Below, one piece after another: positions 19,837-27,286 of a stretch of 48,000 nucleotides of DNA. How positions within the stretch are numbered: the stretch's first letter is position 1; every line of letters starts with the position of its first letter. The DNA lies in contig NZ_JBALDF010000071.1 in the NCBI RefSeq assembly GCF_036917275.1, positions 487 to 48,486 of the forward strand. The letters are read 5' to 3'. The position numbers and the translations under genes are program-made. The stretch comes from Nostoc sp. Its GTDB lineage: Bacteria > Cyanobacteriota > Cyanobacteriia > Cyanobacteriales > Nostocaceae. The notes under the pieces are model-generated. The model worked only from the letters and a program-made list of their open reading frames with translations, did no database searches and was not told where the DNA came from.

Positions 19837-21165
19837 TTGCTAGAAAAAATTAAAATATCTGAATTACCATCAGTTTATTTATTGGATAAAGATCGTCTTC
19901 CTAATTGTGCAGCTATTTACTTTGTATTTGACAGTAAAGATCAGATTATTTATATAGGTAGAACTATTAATTTAGTTGAAAGATGGAAAGCACATCATAG
20001 ATTTAATCAGCTAAAAAGATTTAATCGCAAAAATCCTCTGAGTATTAGTTGGTTGACTTGTAGTAGTGATATAGAAAATCTATCAAATCTCGAAAATGAG
20101 TTTATAAAGTTATACAAACCACCCCTTAATTGGTCTAAAGTAGTAGTACCAATTAAAAAAATAACTCCAGATGAAACTGCTTTACAGCAAAGTCTTCAGC
20201 AGCTAGCCAAGCTCAATGTTATGATAGTTGGCTTTGATCCAATATCAGATGGAGAACCACCAACAATATATTTAGTATATCCTGTTTATGGGATGAAAGG
20301 CTTATCTGGAAGTATTAGAACTGCATTAAAAAACATTAATAAAAAGGTTAGTTCGCTAAAGTGGAAAGAATACAAAACTTATCCTAAATTTTCAGGTAAA
20401 TTCGGTTTGTGGGAGACTGAATACAACGGTTTAAGAATAGATTTATCTCCATTTGATAGTTTAGTTTACTTCATGGAACATTCAAACCATCAGACTTTAG
20501 CTGGAATAGAACTTATGGCATTTAGTAAGGAACAGCTAGAATTAATTTTAGATAAAAAAGAAGAAAACGATGAGAATACATCAGGTTTAGAAGCATTAGA
20601 AGATGATCCTATTCCAGTAGAAAATATTTATAAAAATCAACTTTTAAATAGTAATTATAAAAATAAAGTTGAAGTTGAACCTTGGGAGGAATTAGAACCA
20701 ATGGCTGAAGGTGAAGTTAGAGTAATGACTCGTCAGTTTTTTTATGTGGATGATATAGAAATAGAAGTATGTACTAACGACAATGGAAAGTATTTTGTTA
20801 GACACAATGTTTACTGGTGGATAATGCACAATCAGAAAAATCCTAGTCCTGAGTATAACAACATAATAGAAAATACCAAAAATTCAGTTGATAGACTACC
20901 TACTATCAGATGGTCTGGTTATAAATTTAGATTTGAGATGATTAGGTTTAGTGAAGATGATGTAGAAGTTGAAAGTATACTATTTCCACTAGCTATGTTT
21001 GAAGACCTAATGAAAAACAAGTCAAGGTTTAATAGTCAAGTTCTAGAACAAATTTTAAAGGGTGAGTATAAATCAACTGACTATGATAGAGGAAGTATAA
21101 AACTATTTGTATGGCTACAATCTAATTCTATATCTCCGCTGGTTCAAACCAATAACAATAAGTAG
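19837..21165 (+). CDS. GIY-YIG nuclease-domain protein with a ~340-aa C-terminal region of unknown function
   Basis: The N-terminal ~100 aa carry GIY-YIG elements: 'AIYFVF', 'IIYIGRT', 'ERWKAHH' and 'LENEFIKLYKPPLN'. The only in-frame start is TTG. The gene is strongly A/T-biased (AAA/AAT/ATA-rich) compared with its neighbours. Confidence 0.75.
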   Translation: MLEKIKISELPSVYLLDKDRLPNCAAIYFVFDSKDQIIYIGRTINLVERWKAHHRFNQLKRFNRKNPLSISWLTCSSDIENLSNLENEFIKLYKPPLNWSKVVVPIKKITPDETALQQSLQQLAKLNVMIVGFDPISDGEPPTIYLVYPVYGMKGLSGSIRTALKNINKKVSSLKWKEYKTYPKFSGKFGLWETEYNGLRIDLSPFDSLVYFMEHSNHQTLAGIELMAFSKEQLELILDKKEENDENTSGLEALEDDPIPVENIYKNQLLNSNYKNKVEVEPWEELEPMAEGEVRVMTRQFFYVDDIEIEVCTNDNGKYFVRHNVYWWIMHNQKNPSPEYNNIIENTKNSVDRLPTIRWSGYKFRFEMIRFSEDDVEVESILFPLAMFEDLMKNKSRFNSQVLEQILKGEYKSTDYDRGSIKLFVWLQSNSISPLVQTNNNK

Positions 21166-21283
21166 GTTTAGTTGAAAAAACCCAACAATATAATGATTTA
21201 TATACCCAATTTATAAGATTGATATATTAGGCGATTAATTACAGCAACAAATGATCTAGTATCTAGCAATACACATCGCCTCA

Positions 21284-21510
21284 TCACGAACCGTAACCAT
21301 CCATATAATTTTTATTCGTAGATAAATCACTTGCTGCTTCCACACAACCAATGTATTCTTGAGCAAGAGTCAAAGCCGAAACCCCTAATTTTTTTTCTTG
21401 AGATAATAACTCTTGCTTTTGGATTTTCGCAAGTAAAAATTCTACAAAATCTAACGCCTCTTGTTGCTTATCAGGAGGTAATATTCTTACCTTGTTTATA
21501 ATAATTTACT
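21284..21510 (-). pseudogene. Decayed DUF2281-type antitoxin gene
   Basis: The minus strand reads '...RILPPDKQQEALDFVEFLLAKIQKQ...EYIGCVEAASDLSTNKNYMDGYGS*', similar to the product of 21688-21948. The ATG at 21510 is followed by ATG AGC ATT GAG TAA and a frame change. No usable start codon precedes the conserved part. Confidence 0.5.
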
Positions 21511-21687
21511 CAATGCTCATTTTATCTAGCCTCTGGTATCAATATCTTTGTAAATTCAAGTGATGTATTTTAAAATTTGAAATATTATTTGACTGTATGC
21601 CATTATAAATTAGATTATCAGCCGCGATCAGTTTAAAATTAGTCTATAATAAGATAAAACTGAAAATACTCAATTTAAAAGTTAATT

Positions 21688-21948
21688 ATGCTTATAAAAT
21701 TTGAAGAAATATCTAGAGATATTGATACTTTACCAGAAGAAGCTCAAATCTTACTGCTTGATTTTATTCAGTTACTCAAAAAGCGTTATCCTCAACCAGA
21801 ATCAGAAAATAATAGTCAGGAAAGAAGTCTCTATGAAAAGTTTGATGAAATTGGATTAATTGGTTGTTGCTCTGTGGAAGAAAATTTATCAGCCACATAT
21901 AAAGACGCATTATCTAATACATTAGATAATAAATATGATCATCGTTGA
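21688..21948 (+). CDS. DUF2281-type antitoxin (VapB-like partner of a PIN toxin)
   Basis: 86 aa with 'LPEEAQILLLDFIQLLKKRY'. It overlaps the downstream PIN ORF by 14 nt. Confidence 0.7.
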   Translation: MLIKFEEISRDIDTLPEEAQILLLDFIQLLKKRYPQPESENNSQERSLYEKFDEIGLIGCCSVEENLSATYKDALSNTLDNKYDHR

Positions 21949-22348
21949 TACAGGATTTTGGTTAGCTCTTATTGATAAAAAAGACACTCACCACGAAAGA
22001 GCAAAACAAGCTTTAAAACAATATAATGAACCTTTAATTACAACATGGTGTGTTGTCACAGAAACCTGTTATCTTTTGCTAACTCGCAAGGGAATTGACG
22101 CTGAAATTATTTTTATAAATAGTCTGCAATAAGAATTATTTACGATTTTTAATTTAGAACTTCACCATACTGCTCGAATTATTGAATTAATGAAAAAATA
22201 TGCTGATCTTCCAATGGATTTGGCTGATGCTTCCCTGGTAATTTTAGCAGAACATTTAGGGCATGGACGCATTTTTTCAGTAGATCAGCGTGACTTTAAT
22301 ACCTATCGCTGGAAGCAAAGTTATCCTTTTGAAAATCTCCTATTTTGA
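21935..22348 (+). pseudogene. vapC: PIN-domain (VapC-type) toxin gene interrupted by an in-frame TAA
   Basis: 'MIIVDTGFWLALIDKKDTHH...' runs to TAA at 22130-22132. The same frame continues 'ELFTIFNLELHH...PMDLADASLVILAEHLGHGRIFSVDQRDF...' to TGA at 22346-22348. The two parts together make a full-length PIN domain. Confidence 0.75.
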
Positions 22349-22353
22349 AGTAA

Positions 22354-22581
22354 TTATAAATTTATCAGCCGCGATCGCGCAATTTCTCTCCTACCAATGG
22401 GACGTACTTGTATGCTGTAGAGTGAAACAATTGCCACAGTTTCCCCATCTAATGTGACAAATTCAACCTCATATCCTTTGCCACCCTGATGTACTAAAAC
22501 AACTGTACCTATATCACCCTCTTCTAAACTATATTCTGGTATATCACTAGTCAGAATAACCCTATCAAGTTCTTGAATCAT
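22354..22581 (-). CDS. DUF4926-like small protein
   Basis: 'MIQELDRVILTSDIPEYSLEEGDIGTVVLVHQGGKGYEVEFVTLDGETVAIVSL'. The ATG at 22581 is preferred over the TTG at 22626 given in the ORF track. Confidence 0.6.
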   Translation of the reverse strand: MIQELDRVILTSDIPEYSLEEGDIGTVVLVHQGGKGYEVEFVTLDGETVAIVSLYSIQVRPIGRREIARSRLINL

Positions 22582-22735
22582 TTTTCGCTGTGGCACAACT
22601 GCCAGTTCATAATTCGGCAGTTTCAATCCGCCTCTCCTAGATTCTTATCTTTAGTTTATCGCCAGTTGTCTCTTAATTTATCGCCTTTTTGAGCGTTATA
22701 TTTATTCTAGGTACTATATACAAGATTAATTTATT

Positions 22736-22954
22736 ATGAAATTTCAAGTAATTTTTACCTTTGATTTAGAATATGCAGGTTATGTTGCTGAGGTTCCTGA
22801 ACTTCCAGGCTGTGTGAGTCAAGGGAAAACATTAGATGAAGCAATTGAAAATATTAAAGATGCGATTACGGGATATCTTCACGTTCAAGCTAAAAATGGC
22901 AAACCTTATATTGCTAAAGAATTGCAAGTTTTTATCGGGGAAGTTGTAGTATAA
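22736..22954 (+). CDS. hicB: HicB-like (UPF0150) antitoxin-family protein with no adjacent HicA
   Basis: 72 aa with 'YVAEVPELPGCVSQGKTLDEAIENIKDAI'. No HicA-sized ORF lies on either side. Confidence 0.7.
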   Translation: MKFQVIFTFDLEYAGYVAEVPELPGCVSQGKTLDEAIENIKDAITGYLHVQAKNGKPYIAKELQVFIGEVVV

Positions 22955-23050
22955 ATTGAACGTTTCTCAAATATCTTCGGTAAGGAGGCTGTCAATCTCA
23001 CAGCCTCAGCCAACTATAATGTACTTAAGATTTTACACAAGGATGGAACC

Positions 23051-23410
23051 ATGACTAACACTCAAAAGATGGTTCGCTTAAATTTAGATTTGTCACCTGA
23101 ACTAAATCAGATACTAGACGAACTAGCAGAGAAAATAGGCAAAAGTAAAAGTGATGTTCTGCGTCAAGCTATAACCTTGATGCAAATTATGGTTACAGCT
23201 AAAGAGGAAACCAAAAAATTAGGAGTTCCAGAAGCAAATCAATTGATAGTGAATGAAATTATTCTCTCATCTGAGCAGCAGCCAAGACAGCATCCACTAG
23301 ACACGTTTATGGAAAGGCTTGGCCCTTGGGAAGATGAACGTAGTGCTGAGGAAATAGTCAAAGATATTTATGATAGCCGTACTATTTCTAACAATGACAT
23401 TAGTCTATGA
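23051..23410 (+). CDS. vapB: Ribbon-helix-helix (CopG-type) antitoxin
   Basis: 'VRLNLDLSPELNQILDELAEKIGKSKSDVLRQAITLM' is RHH-like. Its stop overlaps the downstream PIN gene start (ATGA at 23407-23410). Confidence 0.8.
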   Translation: MTNTQKMVRLNLDLSPELNQILDELAEKIGKSKSDVLRQAITLMQIMVTAKEETKKLGVPEANQLIVNEIILSSEQQPRQHPLDTFMERLGPWEDERSAEEIVKDIYDSRTISNNDISL

Positions 23411-23808
23411 CTTATTTACTTGATACTGATACTTGCATTTATTGGATTAAAGATATTAATTCAGTCAGGAATAAAGTTAGAGAAATAGGATGGGAGCAAA
23501 TTTGTATTTGCAGTATCACGGTTGCTGAGTTATATTTTGGTGCTTATAACTCTCAACGAGTAGTGGAAAATTTAACTCGTGCAGAAGACTTTATTCAAAA
23601 TTTACCCGTTGTACCTTTAACTGAGCCTGCTCTCAAAAAGTATGGTGAATTAAAGGCAGAACTCCGTAAAATAGGACAAACAGTTGCTGAGTTTGATTTA
23701 CTAATTGCTAATGTTGCAGTTGCAGAAAATTACACTTTAGTCACAAACAATACTCGTCACTACAGCCGGATTTATAATTTACAGTTGGAAAACTGGATTT
23801 CACCTTAA
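23407..23808 (+). CDS. vapC: PIN-domain toxin VapC (appears intact)
   Basis: 133 aa. The acidic PIN residues are in context: 'YLLDTDT', 'VAELYFG', 'EFDLLIA' and 'LVTNNTRHY'. Confidence 0.85.
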   Translation: MTYLLDTDTCIYWIKDINSVRNKVREIGWEQICICSITVAELYFGAYNSQRVVENLTRAEDFIQNLPVVPLTEPALKKYGELKAELRKIGQTVAEFDLLIANVAVAENYTLVTNNTRHYSRIYNLQLENWISP

Positions 23809-23828
23809 AAATATTAAATAAAATAGAA

Positions 23829-24056
23829 ATGACTGCACAAGGCAAAACCCAACGAATTAAAATAAACTTAGATTTATCACCAGAAGTTTATGAGACACTA
23901 AACAATCTGGCACAACAGATTAATGGAGATAATGCTGAGGTGCTACTAAAAGCGATCGCACTCTTAGAAGTAGCGGTAGAAGCCAAGGAAAAAGGCAAGC
24001 ATATTTGGATTGTAGATGATAACCAAAATATTGAAACTGAAATTATTGGTATCTAA
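23829..24056 (+). CDS. Second RHH (CopG-type) antitoxin-like protein, paralog of 23051-23410
   Basis: 'IKINLDLSPEVYETLNNLAQQINGDNAEVLLKAIALLEVAVEAKEKG' aligns with the N-terminus of the preceding RHH protein. Confidence 0.7.
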   Translation: MTAQGKTQRIKINLDLSPEVYETLNNLAQQINGDNAEVLLKAIALLEVAVEAKEKGKHIWIVDDNQNIETEIIGI

Positions 24057-24061
24057 ATAAC

Positions 24062-24313
24062 ATGATAGATATAATAGATTTATCAAAAATAATTGCCAGT
24101 AAAGGCGACAACCCACTAATTATCTCAACTGTAAACTTACAGTCACCAGAAGACTCCGAACCGGAGCGAAAACTGCGAGAATTAAAATTTAAACAAGAAC
24201 TAAGAAAAGATTGGATTTTATTTATTGTCAGGGATGTGGTAATTTTTCCCGCTGCCATCCTTTTCATTTTTGCTGTCAGCGGTTATTCCCTATTCACCCA
24301 GATTTATAGGTAA
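24062..24313 (+). CDS. Small hypothetical protein with one C-terminal transmembrane helix
   Basis: 83 aa, starting 5 nt after the RHH stop. The hydrophobic stretch is 'VVIFPAAILFIFAVSGYSLF'. No family was recognised. Confidence 0.45.
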   Translation: MIDIIDLSKIIASKGDNPLIISTVNLQSPEDSEPERKLRELKFKQELRKDWILFIVRDVVIFPAAILFIFAVSGYSLFTQIYR

Positions 24314-24564
24314 GTTGTCTAATAATATGTAGCAATTTTATCTGAGCCGTGAAAATCGCAAGGTTTAGATCCCCGACTTTGTAAAAGTTATCGGGTATCT
24401 AGTGCAGTATCAGTAAATTTGCGTAACTAATTTTACAGACGACGAAGGCAACTTGCTAAAAGTAGACTCATCTTTATATCCAGACAAATTTTGCTGGATA
24501 TAAAGATTACCGTGATTGGTAAATCTGCAAAAAAGTAAGTACCTGATGCGAATAATCTAAAAAT

Positions 24565-25125
24565 ATGGGGCTTTTAATATTTTCTGTTGTTTTAGTTACC
24601 ATGATTGCTGTAATTATCATTGATGGCTACAACGATTTAGTCAACTATCGCAACCGTTACAAAAATACTTACTATCAAATCGATGTTCAATTACAGCGCC
24701 GCTATGACTTAATTCCCAACTTTGTGGAAACTGCCAAAGAGTACATGAAACATGAGCGAGAAACCTTAGAAGCAGTCATTACCGCCCGGAATTCTGCAAT
24801 GAATGCTAGCAGTCATGCCGTGCAAAATCCCGGTGATCCCCAAGCGATGCAGCAGTTGGGTAATGCTGAAGGGACGCTGACGGGTGCGTTAAGTCGCTTG
24901 ATGGTACTTTCAGAATCTTATCCAGAATTCAAAGGCGATCGCGCCATGAGCCAAGTAATGGAGGAATTATCTTTCATCGAAAACCGGATCGCTTTTGCAC
25001 GTCAGGCTTTTAATGATGCGGTGATACTTTACAACACCAAAAGTGAATCTTTCCCTACCAATTTAGTAACCAATACTTTTAACTTTACTGCTGCCGAATT
25101 ACTGCCAGAAGCCATCCTCAAATGA
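24565..25125 (+). CDS. lemA: LemA family membrane protein
   Basis: N-terminal TM helix followed by 'QLQRRYDLIPNFVETAKEYMKHERETLEAV' and 'FNDAVILYNTK', typical of LemA. Confidence 0.85.
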   Translation: MGLLIFSVVLVTMIAVIIIDGYNDLVNYRNRYKNTYYQIDVQLQRRYDLIPNFVETAKEYMKHERETLEAVITARNSAMNASSHAVQNPGDPQAMQQLGNAEGTLTGALSRLMVLSESYPEFKGDRAMSQVMEELSFIENRIAFARQAFNDAVILYNTKSESFPTNLVTNTFNFTAAELLPEAILK

Positions 25126-25463
25126 AAACTGCTCCCCGCGTCTCTTTTTAGGTATCTATGAATTTATTTGAACATAACGCGTTCACGTAGTGTCTCCAAG
25201 ATTTGGCGGAAGTCTGCGGCAAGCCCTCCGGGTGACGCTCGTTCCTCGCTAACGCTGCGCGTCTACGATAGTTTTCACAACTCGAATAGAATTGCTGTAG
25301 TACAAATAGTTGTCTTAGCAAAAGAGTATCATATTGTACAAAAATGTTTGACATTGCCTAGAAATATTAACTTGCTTAAAAAACTTTAGACAAAATGCCA
25401 GCATTCCAGAAATTTGATTGCTATATTAGATTAAATAACTATTCTGGCAAGGATTAAAAAGCT

Positions 25464-26183
25464 GTGCGGGATGATTTACAGGGCTTGGAAATTAGTCAGG
25501 ACGAACTGCAAAAACTGACTAATTTACCTGTCAATGATCAACTTTTAATCATTACAAATCCTCTCCAAAAATTAGCAAAACTATACATCCAAAAAATTAA
25601 AAGTTCGGAAGGAGCAACTGTAATTTTTATTGGATTTGCTACATTTGTGTTTGGCTATCTTTTATTTGATATACTTATAAAAGTTTTCTTATCATGGATA
25701 ACAATTCCATCTTGGATAGTATTAATTATCTTAGGTCTTTGGGTTGGTGGTTTGACGCAAACTATCTTATATTTGATATGGAGAAGAAAAAGCAAATTTG
25801 TCAAACTAAACATGACAAAATCTCTGCAAATCTTGTTAACCGATGTTGAAAGATATAATAGTGTTATTAGAGCAATAGATATTAATGACCAAATAGAAGA
25901 AGCTGGTAATCCAGAAGTACTTATAAAAGAAAGAGAGAATGTTGTGGCAGCGCTTAAGCTTACCAAAGCCGATTTAGTTCGCGCTTTGAAAACAGAAAAG
26001 ATTTTGAGAGAAAATAAGAGCTTTATCCTTAGTAATACAGAGCTATTCGTCAACAATTTAGCAACTTTAACAGCCATGCAAGTAAGTGAACAGGCTACTG
26101 AGCATGGAAGGTTACTCAATGAAGCATTACAAATTGCATTAGATGTGCAACACGAAATGAAAAGATTACAGACTCAGCGTTAA
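25464..26183 (+). CDS. Hypothetical membrane protein (two TM helices plus a helical, coiled-coil-like C-terminal domain)
   Basis: 239 aa with GTG start. The TM segments are 'VIFIGFATFVFGYLLFDILI' and 'WIVLIILGLWVGGLTQTILYLIW'. The antisense 154-aa ORF is low-complexity. Confidence 0.55.
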   Translation: MRDDLQGLEISQDELQKLTNLPVNDQLLIITNPLQKLAKLYIQKIKSSEGATVIFIGFATFVFGYLLFDILIKVFLSWITIPSWIVLIILGLWVGGLTQTILYLIWRRKSKFVKLNMTKSLQILLTDVERYNSVIRAIDINDQIEEAGNPEVLIKERENVVAALKLTKADLVRALKTEKILRENKSFILSNTELFVNNLATLTAMQVSEQATEHGRLLNEALQIALDVQHEMKRLQTQR

Positions 26184-26365
26184 AACCAATACTCAGGGCG
26201 AACCTGCGTAACCGAAGTGAGTTGGAAAGCGCGTAGATGCTGCTGGGTGGGTTGGTTTCCAATCTCTTTGCCAGATAATCCTCAATGGCTTTTTAGATAA
26301 TCCTTCCCACGGTTGCGATCCCCGGTCTAACATAAAGAATATTCCTAAAGCGATCGCTCATTGGC

Positions 26366-27133
26366 ATGGACTGGAAAGAAGTCAGAGGTAACTGGGTAAT
26401 CATTCCCCGAAATCCCATAGGGATCATCCATTTTTTAGGAGGTGCATTTGTCGCCACTGCACCGCACATCACTTATCGCTGGTTACTCGAACAACTTGCA
26501 AGTAAAGGTTATGTTGTAATTGCTACGCCTTTTGTCAATACATTGGATCATACTGCGATCGCAAAATCCGTGCTGTTAAACTTTGACCGCACTCTCGAAC
26601 GCTTACATGATTCTGGGGCATTACGCAAGCTTTACTTCCCCATCTACGGCGTTGGACACAGTATGGGCTGCAAACTTCACTTACTGATTGGTAGCCTCTT
26701 TCAAGTAGAACGTGCAGGCAATATTTTAATATCCTTCAACAACTACGCCGCTAAAGAAGCTATTCCCTTAGTAGAACAATTCAATTCTACTTTGAAAATC
26801 GAGTTTACCCCCTCACCGTTGGAAACCAATAACCTTGTCCAAGAGCGTTACAATATCCGGCGCAATTTATTAATAAAATTTAGCAATGACACCATTGATC
26901 AATCAGTAGCTTTAACCAAAATCCTACAAGAACGTTTTGATGAGATGGTGACAGCGCAGACCTTACCAGGAACTCACACAACACCTTTAGGTCAAGACAT
27001 TAAATGGCAAACTGGAACATCTTTTACCCCCTTTGATGCCTTAGGGCAATGGTTCAAGCAAGAAGCATACCGCGATTTGAACCAGCTAAAAAGTGCCATC
27101 CTCTTGTGGGTGAATCCTCTTGCACCCCCATAA
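26366..27133 (+). CDS. Alpha/beta-hydrolase-fold protein (DUF1350-like)
   Basis: 255 aa with the nucleophile-elbow-like 'GVGHSMGCKLHLL'. The DUF1350 assignment is from memory. Confidence 0.7.
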   Translation: MDWKEVRGNWVIIPRNPIGIIHFLGGAFVATAPHITYRWLLEQLASKGYVVIATPFVNTLDHTAIAKSVLLNFDRTLERLHDSGALRKLYFPIYGVGHSMGCKLHLLIGSLFQVERAGNILISFNNYAAKEAIPLVEQFNSTLKIEFTPSPLETNNLVQERYNIRRNLLIKFSNDTIDQSVALTKILQERFDEMVTAQTLPGTHTTPLGQDIKWQTGTSFTPFDALGQWFKQEAYRDLNQLKSAILLWVNPLAPP

Positions 27134-27286
27134 TGTTTTATGACGTTAAAAAGTCATGATTTCGACGGAAAAATATAAATGAGTTAGTAGTATCTCTATA
27201 TAGATACTACTAAGTTATTAGCCCATGCCATATTTTTATTTTCTATTTTAACAGCAAGTTATTAATGGTGTTCCCTATAACTTTCT

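Noticed and set aside
25349-25385. Possible sigma70-type promoter (TTGACA) upstream of 25464
   Set aside because: The -35-like hexamer is present, but no acceptable -10 hexamer lies at 16-18 bp spacing, so it is not reported as a feature.
25148-25389. Overlapping 68-aa (minus) and 73-aa (plus) ORFs after lemA
   Set aside because: Both run across a GC-rich dispersed-repeat segment (GTGACGCTCG..CTCGCTAA.GCTGCGC, also seen at 31585-31620) and are Arg/Ala-rich. Neither has a convincing start context.
26190-26365. Possible gene remnant on the minus strand ('…IEDYLAKRLETNPP…')
   Set aside because: Only a short open stretch exists, with no recognisable family motif and no start or stop structure. 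The evidence is insufficient.
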